This document shows positions 63,781 to 64,000 of a stretch of DNA of 64,000 bases, piece by piece. Every line of letters starts with the position of its first letter. Position 1 is the stretch's first letter. The translations under genes were made by a program, and so were the position numbers. The notes beneath the pieces are model-generated. The model was not told where the DNA came from. It searched no databases and saw only the letters and a list, made by a program, of their open reading frames with translations. The stretch covers positions 151,156,001 through 151,220,000 of the forward strand of contig NC_042997.1 in the NCBI RefSeq assembly GCF_006345805.1. Direction: 5' to 3'. The stretch is from Octopus sinensis (Eukaryota).

Positions 63781-64000
63781 TCGATATTGTCGCCATCGTT
63801 ATTCACAGTCCTAACAATTTGCGGTAGTCTGTGTGCTTTATATGTGTGTGCACGAGTGGTTATGGAACGGAGCGCATTTTCTAAAAAGCTTATTTCTTGT
63901 TCCACGGCAAACATTGCATATTCTACCGTATCGATGGATTGAAGCAGTAAGTACCTAATTGCTCTAATAAAGTAAGTTTACAGCTTATAATACTTAATGA

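Overview
AT-rich eukaryotic DNA packed with microsatellites and repeats. The SINE types, base composition and microsatellite load most resemble an octopus (coleoid cephalopod) genome; this is inferred from recalled repeat families, not from a search. I found no convincing host exon, tRNA/rRNA gene or CRISPR array, so the window looks intergenic or intronic. Almost all long ORFs are retrotransposon-derived or microsatellite artefacts. Main contents: (1) a 5'-truncated CR1-type LINE (1.0-3.2 kb) whose 3' tail and stem-loop are shared with a tRNA-derived SINE family; (2) a Tx1/L1-clade element (4.1-8.6 kb) inserted in (ATCT)n, with an intron-like in-frame ORF1/ORF2 spacer; (3) three mariner relics, a Tigger-like MITE, a non-autonomous Helitron and several SINE families; (4) a cluster of fold-backs and hammerhead-ribozyme-like relics at 33-40 kb, including a ~354-bp retrozyme-like monomer; (5) a head-to-tail stack of three different R4/Dong-like RLE retrotransposons joined by (TAA)n (50.9-59.3 kb, minus strand), the best preserved of which starts with ten near-identical 24/25-bp repeats.
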